Shown here piece after piece: positions 29,522 to 38,664 of a DNA stretch of 64,000 nt. Under the pieces are notes generated by a model. The model was not told where the DNA came from and did no database searches. It worked only from the letters and a program-made list of their open reading frames with translations. Position numbers and translations under genes: made by a program. The stretch comes from a virus. Location: positions 1-64,000 of the IMG/VR virus record IMGVR_UViG_3300047478_000138, one strand, 5' to 3'. Numbering within the stretch: the stretch's first letter is position 1; each line of letters begins with the position of its first letter.

Positions 29522-32500
29522 TGCCATGTGATATAGATAAAAAAGCTAGATTAATGAGATTGGCTCAAGAAAAGTTAGAGATGCTAAAAGAATTGCAAGA
29601 AGATGGCTATGAAGAGTATTATTCACAAGGCGAGGATATATACTCTGTAGAAACTGAAATAGCTAACATGCAAGCTATACTAGAAGAAGATATTGATAAC
29701 CTAGTAATGAATGTCAGATTAGCTGATACTAATAAATCTGTTAAACGCAGAGACTACTCTACTATAAGAAGAACTACTAATGGCCATAAATCAGCAATAA
29801 ATGCGTATAAAGTAGAGGTAAAAGATAATGGAGATTATGTAGTAAGTTATCAAACTGCTAAAACTGCTAAGGATAAAACAATTACAATCCCTAAAAATGG
29901 TACTATGAAAAATGGTACTCAGTACAATGTATATGATATAAAAGACATGCTAGCAAAAAATGATGTGCTAGGAGCTAAAGCCAGTAAAGAAAAACCAAGC
30001 TTCGACAAGTTCACAGAATTAGAAGCTGATATACATGGAAATCCAGAGAAGATGGTAGACTTGCTCAATAAAATTAATGAGTTAGATGCATCTCCAGAAA
30101 CTGAAGAGCATATGGAGTACTTGAGAGGATTGATTAAACAGTTAAATCCAGACTTCATGCGTAAAGCTAAAACATACATACTAGAAAGTGCGATAGAAAA
30201 TGGTGGTATGGTAATTGGTAAAGACATAGGTGTAATGGTTGGTAGAAATGCAAAAACAGCAGGCAATCAACAGAGTGCAGCTGAAGCATATGCGCATGAA
30301 GTAATACATGCGTATACAAAGTTTGCGGTAAAGTTGGCTAAAGATGGTGATGTAGAGGCACGTAAAATACTACGTGAATTGCAATATGTAAAGAAAGTTG
30401 CAATGGAAAATATGACATGGAAAGACTTTCTGCCAAAAGACAGCATAGACGCAACTAAAGAAGAGGCTGAAGCTAAAGAAAGATATGACTACATATTCGA
30501 TGTAAACACAAGAGGATTAAAGGACTGGAAGCCTCACGGACACTCAGAAGATGAGTTCATGGCACATATATTGACTAACCCAATAGTAAGTAAAAAAGCT
30601 AAGTTCATAAAATTGAAAGAACAACATAAAGAGATGACATTATGGGAACAGGCAAAAGAACTGTTCGACACAATAACTGGATGGTTGTTGGGAGACTTCA
30701 GATTCAAAGATAGAACTAAAAATGTGCAAGAGTTAACACTTGAATTGGTTGGAATGTTTGCAGAGTTCAATAATAAAGCAGTGACAGAAGCTCGTAAAAA
30801 AGAGAATGTAATTGAGAAGCTAAAAGATCAATTCGATAGTATAGAAGAAGATACATCAGCATGGATAGGTGAACAGTTAGATAAAATACTCCCGAAAGAG
30901 GCTAGAATTGGACCTAAGCCAAGTAATCCATTGGCACAAACAAAATGGTATGCAACCGCATTCGCTAAATTGATGCTAACACCAATAGGTAGAAAAGAGT
31001 TGTCAAAACTGTTAAAAGCTATGGGAATGCCAATGTATGGGTCAGTGCAATCAATAATCAGAGACTTCGTAGAATCAGATCAATTAGAGAAAACAATAGA
31101 TTGGTTAGCACTGCAATCTGATAAAGTAGATCAATCAAAAATGAACATAATAGGCACAGTAAAACAACACTTAAAAGACGCATTCACAAAACCGTTAAGT
31201 GATTATGAAGAAGAAGCAATAACAAAAGTTCTGCTAGATACAGATTTGCAAAGCATCAGTAAAGAATATACAAACTTGCAGTTAAGAAATATGCTAACAG
31301 ATGAAGAGACATTGCAAAAAGAAATAAGTAAAGCTAAACATGAGCTAAAAATGCTAGATGAAAAGAATTACAACTGGCATACAGATCAAGCAACTGGATT
31401 AGGATACTACTTAGCCACTGGTAAAGGACACTTAGCACAAAATACAAGTGTGCTTGGAATTGCTAAAGGACACTTAGGTGCAGAGTATAGACGTGGATGG
31501 AAGCATAAGAAAGGTGACTTAGAATTGCTGCTAAACAAAGTAAGTACGCTAGTAGCATTGGCATATACAGGAAAACAAGAGAAAGCTAAGATAGCAGAAT
31601 TGCTAAAAACTGAGCGTAAGGGAGTAACAACAGTATTAGATACTGCTAGATTCCTAGAGAAAGAAGCTAAAGAAACAATATTCAAAGATCAAGAGTTATT
31701 CATGGTTAAGGGATATACAAAAGAATTGTTCGATGATAGTATGACAATGGAGATAGTACCAGTAAGTAAACATGATGAAATGGTAAAAAGAGGATTCAAG
31801 AAGATAAAAGATATGGAGTCACATTCATTAGTTAGAACTAAAGAGAAGTATGCAATGTATGTGTCAAACGCATTCGCAACAAATGAGTGGCATAGAACAG
31901 CAACTAGATTAACTAAGATGCAGACGAAAGGTACTAGCTTGAAAGAGCTATACTATAATGAGCAAGATAGTTACTCTGAGAAAAGACACTTGATAAACAA
32001 GTTAAAAATAGATCAAGCTAGATATGCAATAGTAAAATCCCAGTTAGATGGCACATTCGACATAAACTCAATTGAGTATGGGTTAATGCCATTGCTAGAC
32101 GAGTATGGTGAAGTTGTAGACTACAGATACATGATGGAGAAAGATGCTAAGAAAGACTTGCTAAAACAAGACACAGGAATGAGTAATGTGCTTGGTGCAA
32201 CTAGAGGTGCAATACTAGATAAGCAAGACACAATAGAGCATAATAAGAATGTGCTGAAGTTGATAAAAGAGGATGCAAAAGAGAATTACATAGAAGGTAG
32301 TGACATAGGTAAAAATAGTATGGCATACATACTACTAACACCGAATAGCATAAACACACACATAAAAGATCTGTGGGAAGTGCTTCCAAAAGAGTTCAAG
32401 AAAGAGGCAATGAGAAATAGTTACAAAGGATTGGCTGTAAGAGAGGATATGCTGACTAACTACTTCGGATATAGACACTTAAGCATCACAAATGTAAACT

Positions 32501-33591
32501 GGCTAAAAGCGATAACACCAGGATTCATACTAAACATGGTAAAAATAGCTGAAGCAATGTGGATTGAGTTCATAAAAATAACTAAAGTGGACATACTAAT
32601 AAAAATGCCATTTGTAATAGTGGGGAATATAATAAGTAACATAATGTACGGAATTAGTACAGGCAGTGATCCGATGGAAATACTAAGAATGTACAGAGAA
32701 AGTACGATAGATGTACGAAAGTACTTAAGTAAGCATAGAGAGTTGATTAAGTTAGAAGAAGCCGGCAAGATTGGAAAAATTAGCCAACATGATAAGAATA
32801 GAATTGAAGTGCTAAAACAAGAGTTGAAAAAAAGTCCGATACATGAGTTATATGAATTGGGAATCTATCAAGCGATAGTAGAGGATGTGAGTCAAGAGGA
32901 ATTAAGTAGTTCAAATAAGCTTAAAAAAGAGTACAAAAAAAGAACTTCAGCAATACCTAAAGTCATAAAAGATGGGATGAATTGGATTTACTTAACAGAA
33001 GAAACTCAGTACTACAAAGTAATGACTGAAGTGCTACAGATGTCAGACTTGGTTGCAAGAGATATAGAAAATCGTAAGTTAAAAAAGGTAATAGAACAAC
33101 AAGCAAAAGGTGAGAAAAAGATACCAATGTGGTATGTGAATTATGTGGAAAATGCGAAGGATGAAGTAGCTACGAGACTGCAGGCTACAATGGTGTGGAA
33201 GGATAGAAATAGAAAGATGGATGCAGAGGAGAGAGCATACTTCAGGGAAGCTGCTAAGAACTACAGGCTAAACAATGTGCTAAATGCCTTCGTAAACTAC
33301 AATAAGCCATCTGGCAGCATGGAAGAATACTTAAATAAGATGGGGTTCATAATGTTTACAAAATATGCGAAAAGAATACAGAGAGTAATAGCACAAACTG
33401 GAGCAAGATATCCAATACGTACATTAATGTTGCTGTTGACAGATGCATATGTGCTCGATATGGATACAATACAGGATCAGAGCATATTCACTAAGAGTTG
33501 GTACAATTTGACTCCACAGTGGCCATTAGAGCGTATAATGGATGTGTTCGTACCACCAATTATACAACCTTCGACTTATCGTATAATTTAG
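29521..33591 (+). CDS. vRNAP-locus segment 3: zincin module plus N4 vRNAP C-terminal-like region
   Basis: HEVIH...DEFMAHILTNP; VREDML..YFGYR, SPIHEL...G, FVNY..P, GF.MFTKY..RIQRV motifs resembling vRNAP C-termini; begins MPC. Confidence 0.75.
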   Translation: MPCDIDKKARLMRLAQEKLEMLKELQEDGYEEYYSQGEDIYSVETEIANMQAILEEDIDNLVMNVRLADTNKSVKRRDYSTIRRTTNGHKSAINAYKVEVKDNGDYVVSYQTAKTAKDKTITIPKNGTMKNGTQYNVYDIKDMLAKNDVLGAKASKEKPSFDKFTELEADIHGNPEKMVDLLNKINELDASPETEEHMEYLRGLIKQLNPDFMRKAKTYILESAIENGGMVIGKDIGVMVGRNAKTAGNQQSAAEAYAHEVIHAYTKFAVKLAKDGDVEARKILRELQYVKKVAMENMTWKDFLPKDSIDATKEEAEAKERYDYIFDVNTRGLKDWKPHGHSEDEFMAHILTNPIVSKKAKFIKLKEQHKEMTLWEQAKELFDTITGWLLGDFRFKDRTKNVQELTLELVGMFAEFNNKAVTEARKKENVIEKLKDQFDSIEEDTSAWIGEQLDKILPKEARIGPKPSNPLAQTKWYATAFAKLMLTPIGRKELSKLLKAMGMPMYGSVQSIIRDFVESDQLEKTIDWLALQSDKVDQSKMNIIGTVKQHLKDAFTKPLSDYEEEAITKVLLDTDLQSISKEYTNLQLRNMLTDEETLQKEISKAKHELKMLDEKNYNWHTDQATGLGYYLATGKGHLAQNTSVLGIAKGHLGAEYRRGWKHKKGDLELLLNKVSTLVALAYTGKQEKAKIAELLKTERKGVTTVLDTARFLEKEAKETIFKDQELFMVKGYTKELFDDSMTMEIVPVSKHDEMVKRGFKKIKDMESHSLVRTKEKYAMYVSNAFATNEWHRTATRLTKMQTKGTSLKELYYNEQDSYSEKRHLINKLKIDQARYAIVKSQLDGTFDINSIEYGLMPLLDEYGEVVDYRYMMEKDAKKDLLKQDTGMSNVLGATRGAILDKQDTIEHNKNVLKLIKEDAKENYIEGSDIGKNSMAYILLTPNSINTHIKDLWEVLPKEFKKEAMRNSYKGLAVREDMLTNYFGYRHLSITNVNWLKAITPGFILNMVKIAEAMWIEFIKITKVDILIKMPFVIVGNIISNIMYGISTGSDPMEILRMYRESTIDVRKYLSKHRELIKLEEAGKIGKISQHDKNRIEVLKQELKKSPIHELYELGIYQAIVEDVSQEELSSSNKLKKEYKKRTSAIPKVIKDGMNWIYLTEETQYYKVMTEVLQMSDLVARDIENRKLKKVIEQQAKGEKKIPMWYVNYVENAKDEVATRLQATMVWKDRNRKMDAEERAYFREAAKNYRLNNVLNAFVNYNKPSGSMEEYLNKMGFIMFTKYAKRIQRVIAQTGARYPIRTLMLLLTDAYVLDMDTIQDQSIFTKSWYNLTPQWPLERIMDVFVPPIIQPSTYRII

Positions 33592-33730
33592 AGAGATTAG
33601 AAAATACGAAAATGGATAGGATTAGAAGCAATCCTATGCCAATTAAATATGATGCGTACATAGTTAGTACAGCAAAGACCACTAGAACAAGTAGCATAAA
33701 AGTAATGCCAAAACCTTTGACAATATGCAT
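33560..33730 (-). CDS. Small 2-TM membrane protein (56 aa, not in ORF track)
   Basis: TAATG coupling to 33730..34014; MHIVKGFGITFMLLVLVVFAVLTMYASYLIGIGLLLILSIFVFSNLSK... Confidence 0.55.
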   Translation of the reverse strand: MHIVKGFGITFMLLVLVVFAVLTMYASYLIGIGLLLILSIFVFSNLSKLYDKSKVV

Positions 33731-34014
33731 TAATACCTCCTTGAAAAACGTTGCTTGAGATCCTCTAAATCAATGTTAATAGTAGATTCAGGTAACTTAG
33801 GAAGATTTGGTGGATTGGCATAAAGATAAATACTGATAACTAAAGATGCAATAGTACCAACAACTAATGCCCCATAAGACCCGCTAAAGATGATGGTGAC
33901 CACAATGAGCAATATGAAGTCAAGAGTGGCATCTGGATAACGCTTTCGTTCATACTTGAATAAGATAAAAATGATGTTAGCAGCTACTGCTAAACCGATT
34001 AAAATAAACTCCAT
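33730..34014 (-). CDS. Membrane protein (3 TM)
   Basis: Hydrophobic segments; TAATG-coupled. Confidence 0.65.
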   Translation of the reverse strand: MEFILIGLAVAANIIFILFKYERKRYPDATLDFILLIVVTIIFSGSYGALVVGTIASLVISIYLYANPPNLPKLPESTINIDLEDLKQRFSRRY

Positions 34015-34235
34015 TAGTTTGGTTCCTTAAGTTCAGATAAAAGAGATTGATTAAATTTAATAGCACGATGAATGTTTGCTATACGTTCGTAGTCGCGTAT
34101 TGAATAATGTGGTACTAGTAGTTTAGCTAAAAGCACATTAGCGGAGGAAAGTTTATATTCAAGAGCTTGCTTGTACTGCATATCTGCTAATACCGTTGGG
34201 TTTATATCATATAAATATGCGGTTGATTTTGCCAT
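34014..34235 (-). CDS. Hypothetical protein
   Basis: Probable start MAKSTAYLY after an AAGGA RBS. Confidence 0.55.
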   Translation of the reverse strand: MAKSTAYLYDINPTVLADMQYKQALEYKLSSANVLLAKLLVPHYSIRDYERIANIHRAIKFNQSLLSELKEPN

Positions 34236-34236
34236 A

Positions 34237-34584
34237 TTAAATACGTCCTTTGGTTCGATAATAAAGTAATTCCTCAAGTAACTGAGTTGCAAGAGTTGGT
34301 TCAGTAAATGCTAGATGATGTGCTAAATACTCTGGATGTACTGCGAATGCCGTAGTAACAAGTTCCATAGATAGATTACCGTTCTCCACATTGTCAGAGA
34401 TAAAGTACTTATTAGATAGTGCAATTACCTCTGCATCTTCCGGTAATATATGTTGTTTAGCAAAATCCTGGCGATGCAATATAAAATCAGAGCATTCGAA
34501 TATGATGTTTAATGCTTCCTGCTCATCTGCATCATTTACTGATGTTGTGTCATAGAAGGCTTGTACGAGTTGTGGTAAGTTCAT
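34237..34584 (-). CDS. Hypothetical protein
   Basis: AAGGA RBS, 115 aa. Confidence 0.6.
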   Translation of the reverse strand: MNLPQLVQAFYDTTSVNDADEQEALNIIFECSDFILHRQDFAKQHILPEDAEVIALSNKYFISDNVENGNLSMELVTTAFAVHPEYLAHHLAFTEPTLATQLLEELLYYRTKGRI

Positions 34585-34643
34585 GGTTGGTTCCTTGTGA
34601 ATAAGTTAGTTATATACAACTAGCAATAGTTAGTAATTATGCA

Positions 34644-34665
34644 GAACACTTCCGAAGAAGTGCTC
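34644..34665 (-). terminator. cUUCGg tetraloop hairpin
   Basis: GAGCACTTC-TTCG-GAAGTGTTC on the - strand right after the MazG-like stop. Confidence 0.6.
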
Positions 34666-34667
34666 AA

Positions 34668-35057
34668 TTAATTACTTGGTAACTTGCAGGTTGAATAGTC
34701 TGCAGTGTACAAAGTTGATTGTGGTTGAGAAGGATTCTTCAGCCACTTCTCTCCAGGTTGTTTGTTGTCTGTGGCCCAACGAGCAGCTTGCTCAGGACAT
34801 TGAAGACGTGAAGAGATTTCCTTCACAGTCTGCTTGAGGCATAACTCAGGATTGAATCCAAGCTTAACGATTTCCCCTGCTGCAATTACGATGATGTCTG
34901 CTAATGCATCCACCATCTCGTGAGTGTCGGCTTTGGTGAAGCCTTCACTAAATTCGTCTAATTCCTCTTGGAGTTTACTCATTGCCTTGTTAAAGTCGAA
35001 AGTAGTTCCATAACGAGTCTGGTTGAGTGACATGATGTCAAGTAAAGGTTTACTCAT
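34668..35057 (-). CDS. MazG-like/all-alpha NTP pyrophosphohydrolase
   Basis: KLQEELDEF...EMVDALADIIV motif. Confidence 0.75.
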   Translation of the reverse strand: MSKPLLDIMSLNQTRYGTTFDFNKAMSKLQEELDEFSEGFTKADTHEMVDALADIIVIAAGEIVKLGFNPELCLKQTVKEISSRLQCPEQAARWATDNKQPGEKWLKNPSQPQSTLYTADYSTCKLPSN

Positions 35058-35060
35058 ATG

Positions 35061-35102
35061 TTACTTCTTTGGTTTAGGTGGTTTAGTTGTTTTGCAAGCC
35101 AT
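35061..35102 (-). CDS. Lys/Pro micro-peptide MACKTTKPPKPKK
   Basis: TAATG-coupled to the upstream ORF; fills the gap before the MazG-like gene; paralogue at 8540..8593. Confidence 0.55.
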   Translation of the reverse strand: MACKTTKPPKPKK

Positions 35103-35500
35103 TAGCAATCTCCTAACATTTGTTTAAGATGAGCTAACTTGAGCATGTTGTCACACGAGTATGTTGAAAGTTGTCCTTCCTGCAATAGTGTGTTGTTGAT
35201 GATTTGGTCAATTAACATGATGTTGTGGCAAGTGATACAATAGTCCTCTTCTTCAAAAATTGAGGGCTCCTCTGTAAGTGATTGCATATTATCTGCCGCA
35301 GCTTGTAATTGCTCTTCAGTAACATCTACTTCAACTAGTTCAGTAGGACTTACAATCTGGAATGTCATATTATCAGATGACTTGATAAATGAGTATTCCT
35401 CAGAGTATGCGAAGTTAATATCTGCCTCAAAGTGCATTTGCTGGCGTTTAGTAGCTTCTGGTGAAGCCGGGAATTTGGAGATGTAGATAAATTGTGACAT
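35102..35500 (-). CDS. Hypothetical acidic protein
   Basis: AAGGA RBS, 132 aa. Confidence 0.6.
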   Translation of the reverse strand: MSQFIYISKFPASPEATKRQQMHFEADINFAYSEEYSFIKSSDNMTFQIVSPTELVEVDVTEEQLQAAADNMQSLTEEPSIFEEEDYCITCHNIMLIDQIINNTLLQEGQLSTYSCDNMLKLAHLKQMLGDC

Positions 35501-35564
35501 AAGGTTCCTTTAAAATTTGAGATTAAATCGTCATGCATTATGCAATTGGATAAACGCGGTTTGT

Positions 35565-35903
35565 TTACTTTGTATTGGAAGCATTAGTTAAATTAAGTTG
35601 TAATCTAACAAAATAATGAATTGCTTGTGCGTTAAACATAAGAGCTGCTCCATGTTGTAATCCACTGTCAGAATCAATCAATAAAGAAAAATCTTCATCT
35701 ACTACAGATTTCTTTATTTCTGCCAGATGGCGTTCTAATGCAGATATATAACGCTCAATGTCTCCAAGTTTCCAATTTCCAGGGGCATACTTTTTTGCTC
35801 CAAAAGTCATAACCTTGGCAAGATCCTCATAGGCATATGGATCTACTAACGAATACATAGGTTTGTCATTATCAAATTTCATAAAGTTGCTATTTTGGTT
35901 CAT
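35565..35903 (-). CDS. dATP/dGTP diphosphohydrolase domain protein (DUF5664)
   Basis: KFDNDKP.YSL...LAKVMTFGAKKY..GNWK...A.ERHL...DSDSGL.H motif. Confidence 0.8.
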   Translation of the reverse strand: MNQNSNFMKFDNDKPMYSLVDPYAYEDLAKVMTFGAKKYAPGNWKLGDIERYISALERHLAEIKKSVVDEDFSLLIDSDSGLQHGAALMFNAQAIHYFVRLQLNLTNASNTK

Positions 35904-36018
35904 GAAGTTTCCTATAATGAATGTACCAACGTGTTTGTAAAACTGCATTCCAAGTAGTGGCTATTGCACTGATTAGTATGAGTGGAGTTGCTATTAGATA
36001 GTAAAGTTCTGGTGTCAT
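35890..36018 (-). CDS. Small single-TM protein
   Basis: MTPELYYLIATPLILISAIATTWN; the real start is probably internal to the track ORF 35890..36153. Confidence 0.45.
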   Translation of the reverse strand: MTPELYYLIATPLILISAIATTWNAVLQTRWYIHYRKLHEPK

Positions 36019-36034
36019 GGTGCTAGGGAGTTCC

Positions 36035-36199
36035 CTAGCAAGATGGACAAGATTGAGATTCGGTAAAGAACTGACGTTCCTTGTGCTCTCCCTGCTTGCC
36101 GATGTTGAAGCGTTCCACAGGTACTGTGTAACCCATAACTCTACTGTAAACAATTGGTTTAGTGCGCTCAGTTGAATGAGCTGATAAAATGCTTGACAT
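36035..36199 (-). CDS. nrdD: Stand-alone glycyl-radical domain of class III RNR (54 aa, not in ORF track)
   Basis: MSSILSAHSTERTKPIVYSRVMGYTVPVERFNIGKQGEHKERQFF...CPSC, carrying the YSRxxGY glycyl-radical motif; AAGGAG RBS. Confidence 0.85.
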   Translation of the reverse strand: MSSILSAHSTERTKPIVYSRVMGYTVPVERFNIGKQGEHKERQFFTESQSCPSC

Positions 36200-36250
36200 A
36201 AGATCTCCTTAAAATGGTGCAGGACTTACACTTGCGATGCCTGTTAGTAA

Positions 36251-38083
36251 TTAACAGTCGTTGCTGCAGCTTGGTTGGTACTTCTGTATGATTTCCTCGT
36301 CACATTTAGGGCAGAAATCATGCTCTCCATTAAGGTATCCATGTTTAGGGCATACAGAAAATACTGGAGTAATTGTAATGTAAGGCAACTTATAATTTGA
36401 TATAACTGACTTAACCAATGCCTTACAAGTATCTGCTGATTTTAGGCGCTCATTCATGTATAAGTGGAGAACTGTTCCGCCTGTGTATTTACACTGGAGG
36501 TTATCCTGTAGGTTAAGGGCTTCAAAGGCGTCCTTGGTGTGTCCTGCTGGGATCTGGGAAGAATTAGTGTAATAGATGTTCTCTCCGAATCCTGCTTGCA
36601 AAATGTCTGGGTAACGTTTCTTGTCCTCTTTGGCAAATCTGTAAGTTGTTCCCTCTGCAGGAGTTGCTTCAAGATTATAAAGGTTTCCAGTTGCTTCTTG
36701 AAACTCAACCATACGAGAACGGATATGTTCTAGGATTTCAATAGCAAAGGACTCACCTACTTCTGTAGTGATGTCTAGTGAATCATCGGAGAAGTTGCGT
36801 GCCATTTCGTTAAGTCCATTTACCCCAATAGTAGAAAAGTGATTACGGAAGTGTGGTAAGTAGCGTTTGGTGTATGGGTATAGTCCACGATCATACATTT
36901 CCTGTACAAATACACGTTTCTTCTCAAGAGTTGATTTAGCCATTTCCATTAGTTCATCAAGACGTTTATACAATGCTGGTAAATCTCCTTTGTAGAGATA
37001 TCCTAGGCGAGCCATATTTATAGTGACAACGCCGATAGATCCTGTCATTTCAGCAGAGCCGAATAGTCCGCCGCCACGCTTGAGTAGTTCACGGAGATCG
37101 AGTTGCAAACGGCAGCACATTGAACGGACATGTCCAGGTTTATATGCTTCGTCGTTAGGCACTAGTTTACCTTCTGCGTTACGCTTGTATTGCGAACCTA
37201 TAAAATTTTGGAAATAAGATGAGCCAACTTTTGCTGTGTTCTCAAATAAAACATCAGTGTTCGGACCATCCCAATCAAAGTCCTCTGTAATGTTTACAGT
37301 TGGAATAGGGAAAGTGAAGGGATTCCCTACTGCATCACCCTCGGTTAATACTTCGTAGAATGCACGGTCAATTATTTGCATCTCTGGATGAAAGTCTCCA
37401 TAAGTTGCATCAGTAAGTGATTCAATAGATGATCTGCGATTCTTCAATTCGGATAGAAGTTCTCTAGAGTTCATGCCAAGGAATAGGTGCTTCTGCTCAC
37501 AAGTAGGGATTTGCGGAGCTAGATCAGTTGGTACAGTCCAGTCAATTGTAACATTCGTAAATGGAGATTGTCCCCATCTAGCCGGTACATTGAGGTTATA
37601 TACAAATTGACGTATTGCCTTCTTTACTTCAACAAATGGCAGTTGATCTTTGAAGATATAGGGTGCAAGATACGTATCAAATGAGCTAAATGCTTGAGCC
37701 CCTGCCCATTCGCTTTGCAAGATACCTAAGAAATTTGCCATCTGTCCGAGTGCTTCGCGGAAGTGGCGGGGTGCGCGAGATTCAACTCTGCCACGGACAC
37801 CATTAAAGCCCTCGTCAAGTAATGCGCGAAGCGACCATCCTGCGCAGTATCCTGTAAGACAGTCGAGATCGTGGATGTGATAGTCACCCTCACGATGTGC
37901 CTCTCCCTCTGGTTTGTTATATACTACATCAAGCCAATAATTAGCTATTGGTTTGCCTGCAAGGTTATTTACAAGTCCTGCGTTTGTGTAGTCTGTGTTA
38001 GCATTGGCATTAATACGCCAGTCTGCTTTAAGTACGTACTCTTCAACTGCTGTTGTAGAGTTAATCATTGTAGTTCGTTTCAT
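36251..38083 (-). CDS. nrdD: Anaerobic (class III) ribonucleoside-triphosphate reductase, catalytic part
   Basis: HIHDL, GYCAGWS, QSEWAGAQAF, SMCCRL, EATPAEG, YTGGT and CPKH...CPKC Zn site; no ATP cone; ends before the glycyl motif. Confidence 0.92.
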   Translation of the reverse strand: MKRTTMINSTTAVEEYVLKADWRINANANTDYTNAGLVNNLAGKPIANYWLDVVYNKPEGEAHREGDYHIHDLDCLTGYCAGWSLRALLDEGFNGVRGRVESRAPRHFREALGQMANFLGILQSEWAGAQAFSSFDTYLAPYIFKDQLPFVEVKKAIRQFVYNLNVPARWGQSPFTNVTIDWTVPTDLAPQIPTCEQKHLFLGMNSRELLSELKNRRSSIESLTDATYGDFHPEMQIIDRAFYEVLTEGDAVGNPFTFPIPTVNITEDFDWDGPNTDVLFENTAKVGSSYFQNFIGSQYKRNAEGKLVPNDEAYKPGHVRSMCCRLQLDLRELLKRGGGLFGSAEMTGSIGVVTINMARLGYLYKGDLPALYKRLDELMEMAKSTLEKKRVFVQEMYDRGLYPYTKRYLPHFRNHFSTIGVNGLNEMARNFSDDSLDITTEVGESFAIEILEHIRSRMVEFQEATGNLYNLEATPAEGTTYRFAKEDKKRYPDILQAGFGENIYYTNSSQIPAGHTKDAFEALNLQDNLQCKYTGGTVLHLYMNERLKSADTCKALVKSVISNYKLPYITITPVFSVCPKHGYLNGEHDFCPKCDEEIIQKYQPSCSNDC

Positions 38084-38553
38084 TAGTCCTCCCAAAATTT
38101 GTGTGTAATATCTGTATGTGTGAGTAAATCATACATACGCTGATTAGTTGTTCGATTTGTCAATCCACCCATACTTGATACATAAGGTCCAGTCTTGATA
38201 TAACGACATACATTAAGTATCTCTGGATGCACATCAGATAACTCAGCTCCTGTGTATAGGCATACTTGCAAATTCAGTGAGTTAACAAAAGTTGCTAGTT
38301 CAATAAATTCCTTGTGATGCTGTTCACCACCAAAAAAGACTACACAAGTTACTGTGTATGCTCCTGTGTGAGGCGATTGGTACTTATTAAGAAGCTTCAA
38401 CAATACATCAGAAGTAAGAGGATATCCAACATCAGTTTGTAAGTATGCTGAATGACATCCACTACAACGGAATGGGCAATTAGATATGCTGATTGCAAAA
38501 GATGTCTCTCCTGGGACTTCCTGAAAAGAAAGTGTGTAGCCTGTGTATTTCAT
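38083..38553 (-). CDS. nrdG: Class III RNR activase (radical SAM)
   Basis: FQEVPGE...CPFRCSGCHS, GGE, LYTG, KTGPY...TNQR. Confidence 0.9.
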   Translation of the reverse strand: MKYTGYTLSFQEVPGETSFAISISNCPFRCSGCHSAYLQTDVGYPLTSDVLLKLLNKYQSPHTGAYTVTCVVFFGGEQHHKEFIELATFVNSLNLQVCLYTGAELSDVHPEILNVCRYIKTGPYVSSMGGLTNRTTNQRMYDLLTHTDITHKFWED

Positions 38554-38586
38554 GTGGTCCTTAGGTAACAAGTGTGGTTGGATAAT

Positions 38587-38647
38587 AAAGCAAGTGAATG
38601 CTTCAAGTTGAACAAAGTCGAACCTGAATCATAGCACTCACTTGCTT
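38587..38647. other. Intergenic long hairpin
   Basis: AAGCAAGTGAATGCT ... AGCACTCACTTGCTT inverted repeat upstream of nrdG. Confidence 0.45.
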
Positions 38648-38664
38648 AAAGTTAGCTACTGTGC

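Noticed and set aside
28270-29530. vRNAP split as a sequencing error, frameshift or stop read-through
   Set aside because: Both junctions change frame, have a proper RBS or TAATG coupling, and repeat the same CK*/MxC pattern.
28270-29530. Split intein or protein trans-splicing at the Cys junctions
   Set aside because: No intein blocks: no C-terminal His-Asn, no Hint-like sequence, and the Cys is at position 3 rather than 1 or 2.
20934-32768. Many short antisense ORFs within the vRNAP genes
   Set aside because: Stop-poor reverse frames caused by codon bias; no RBS or motifs.
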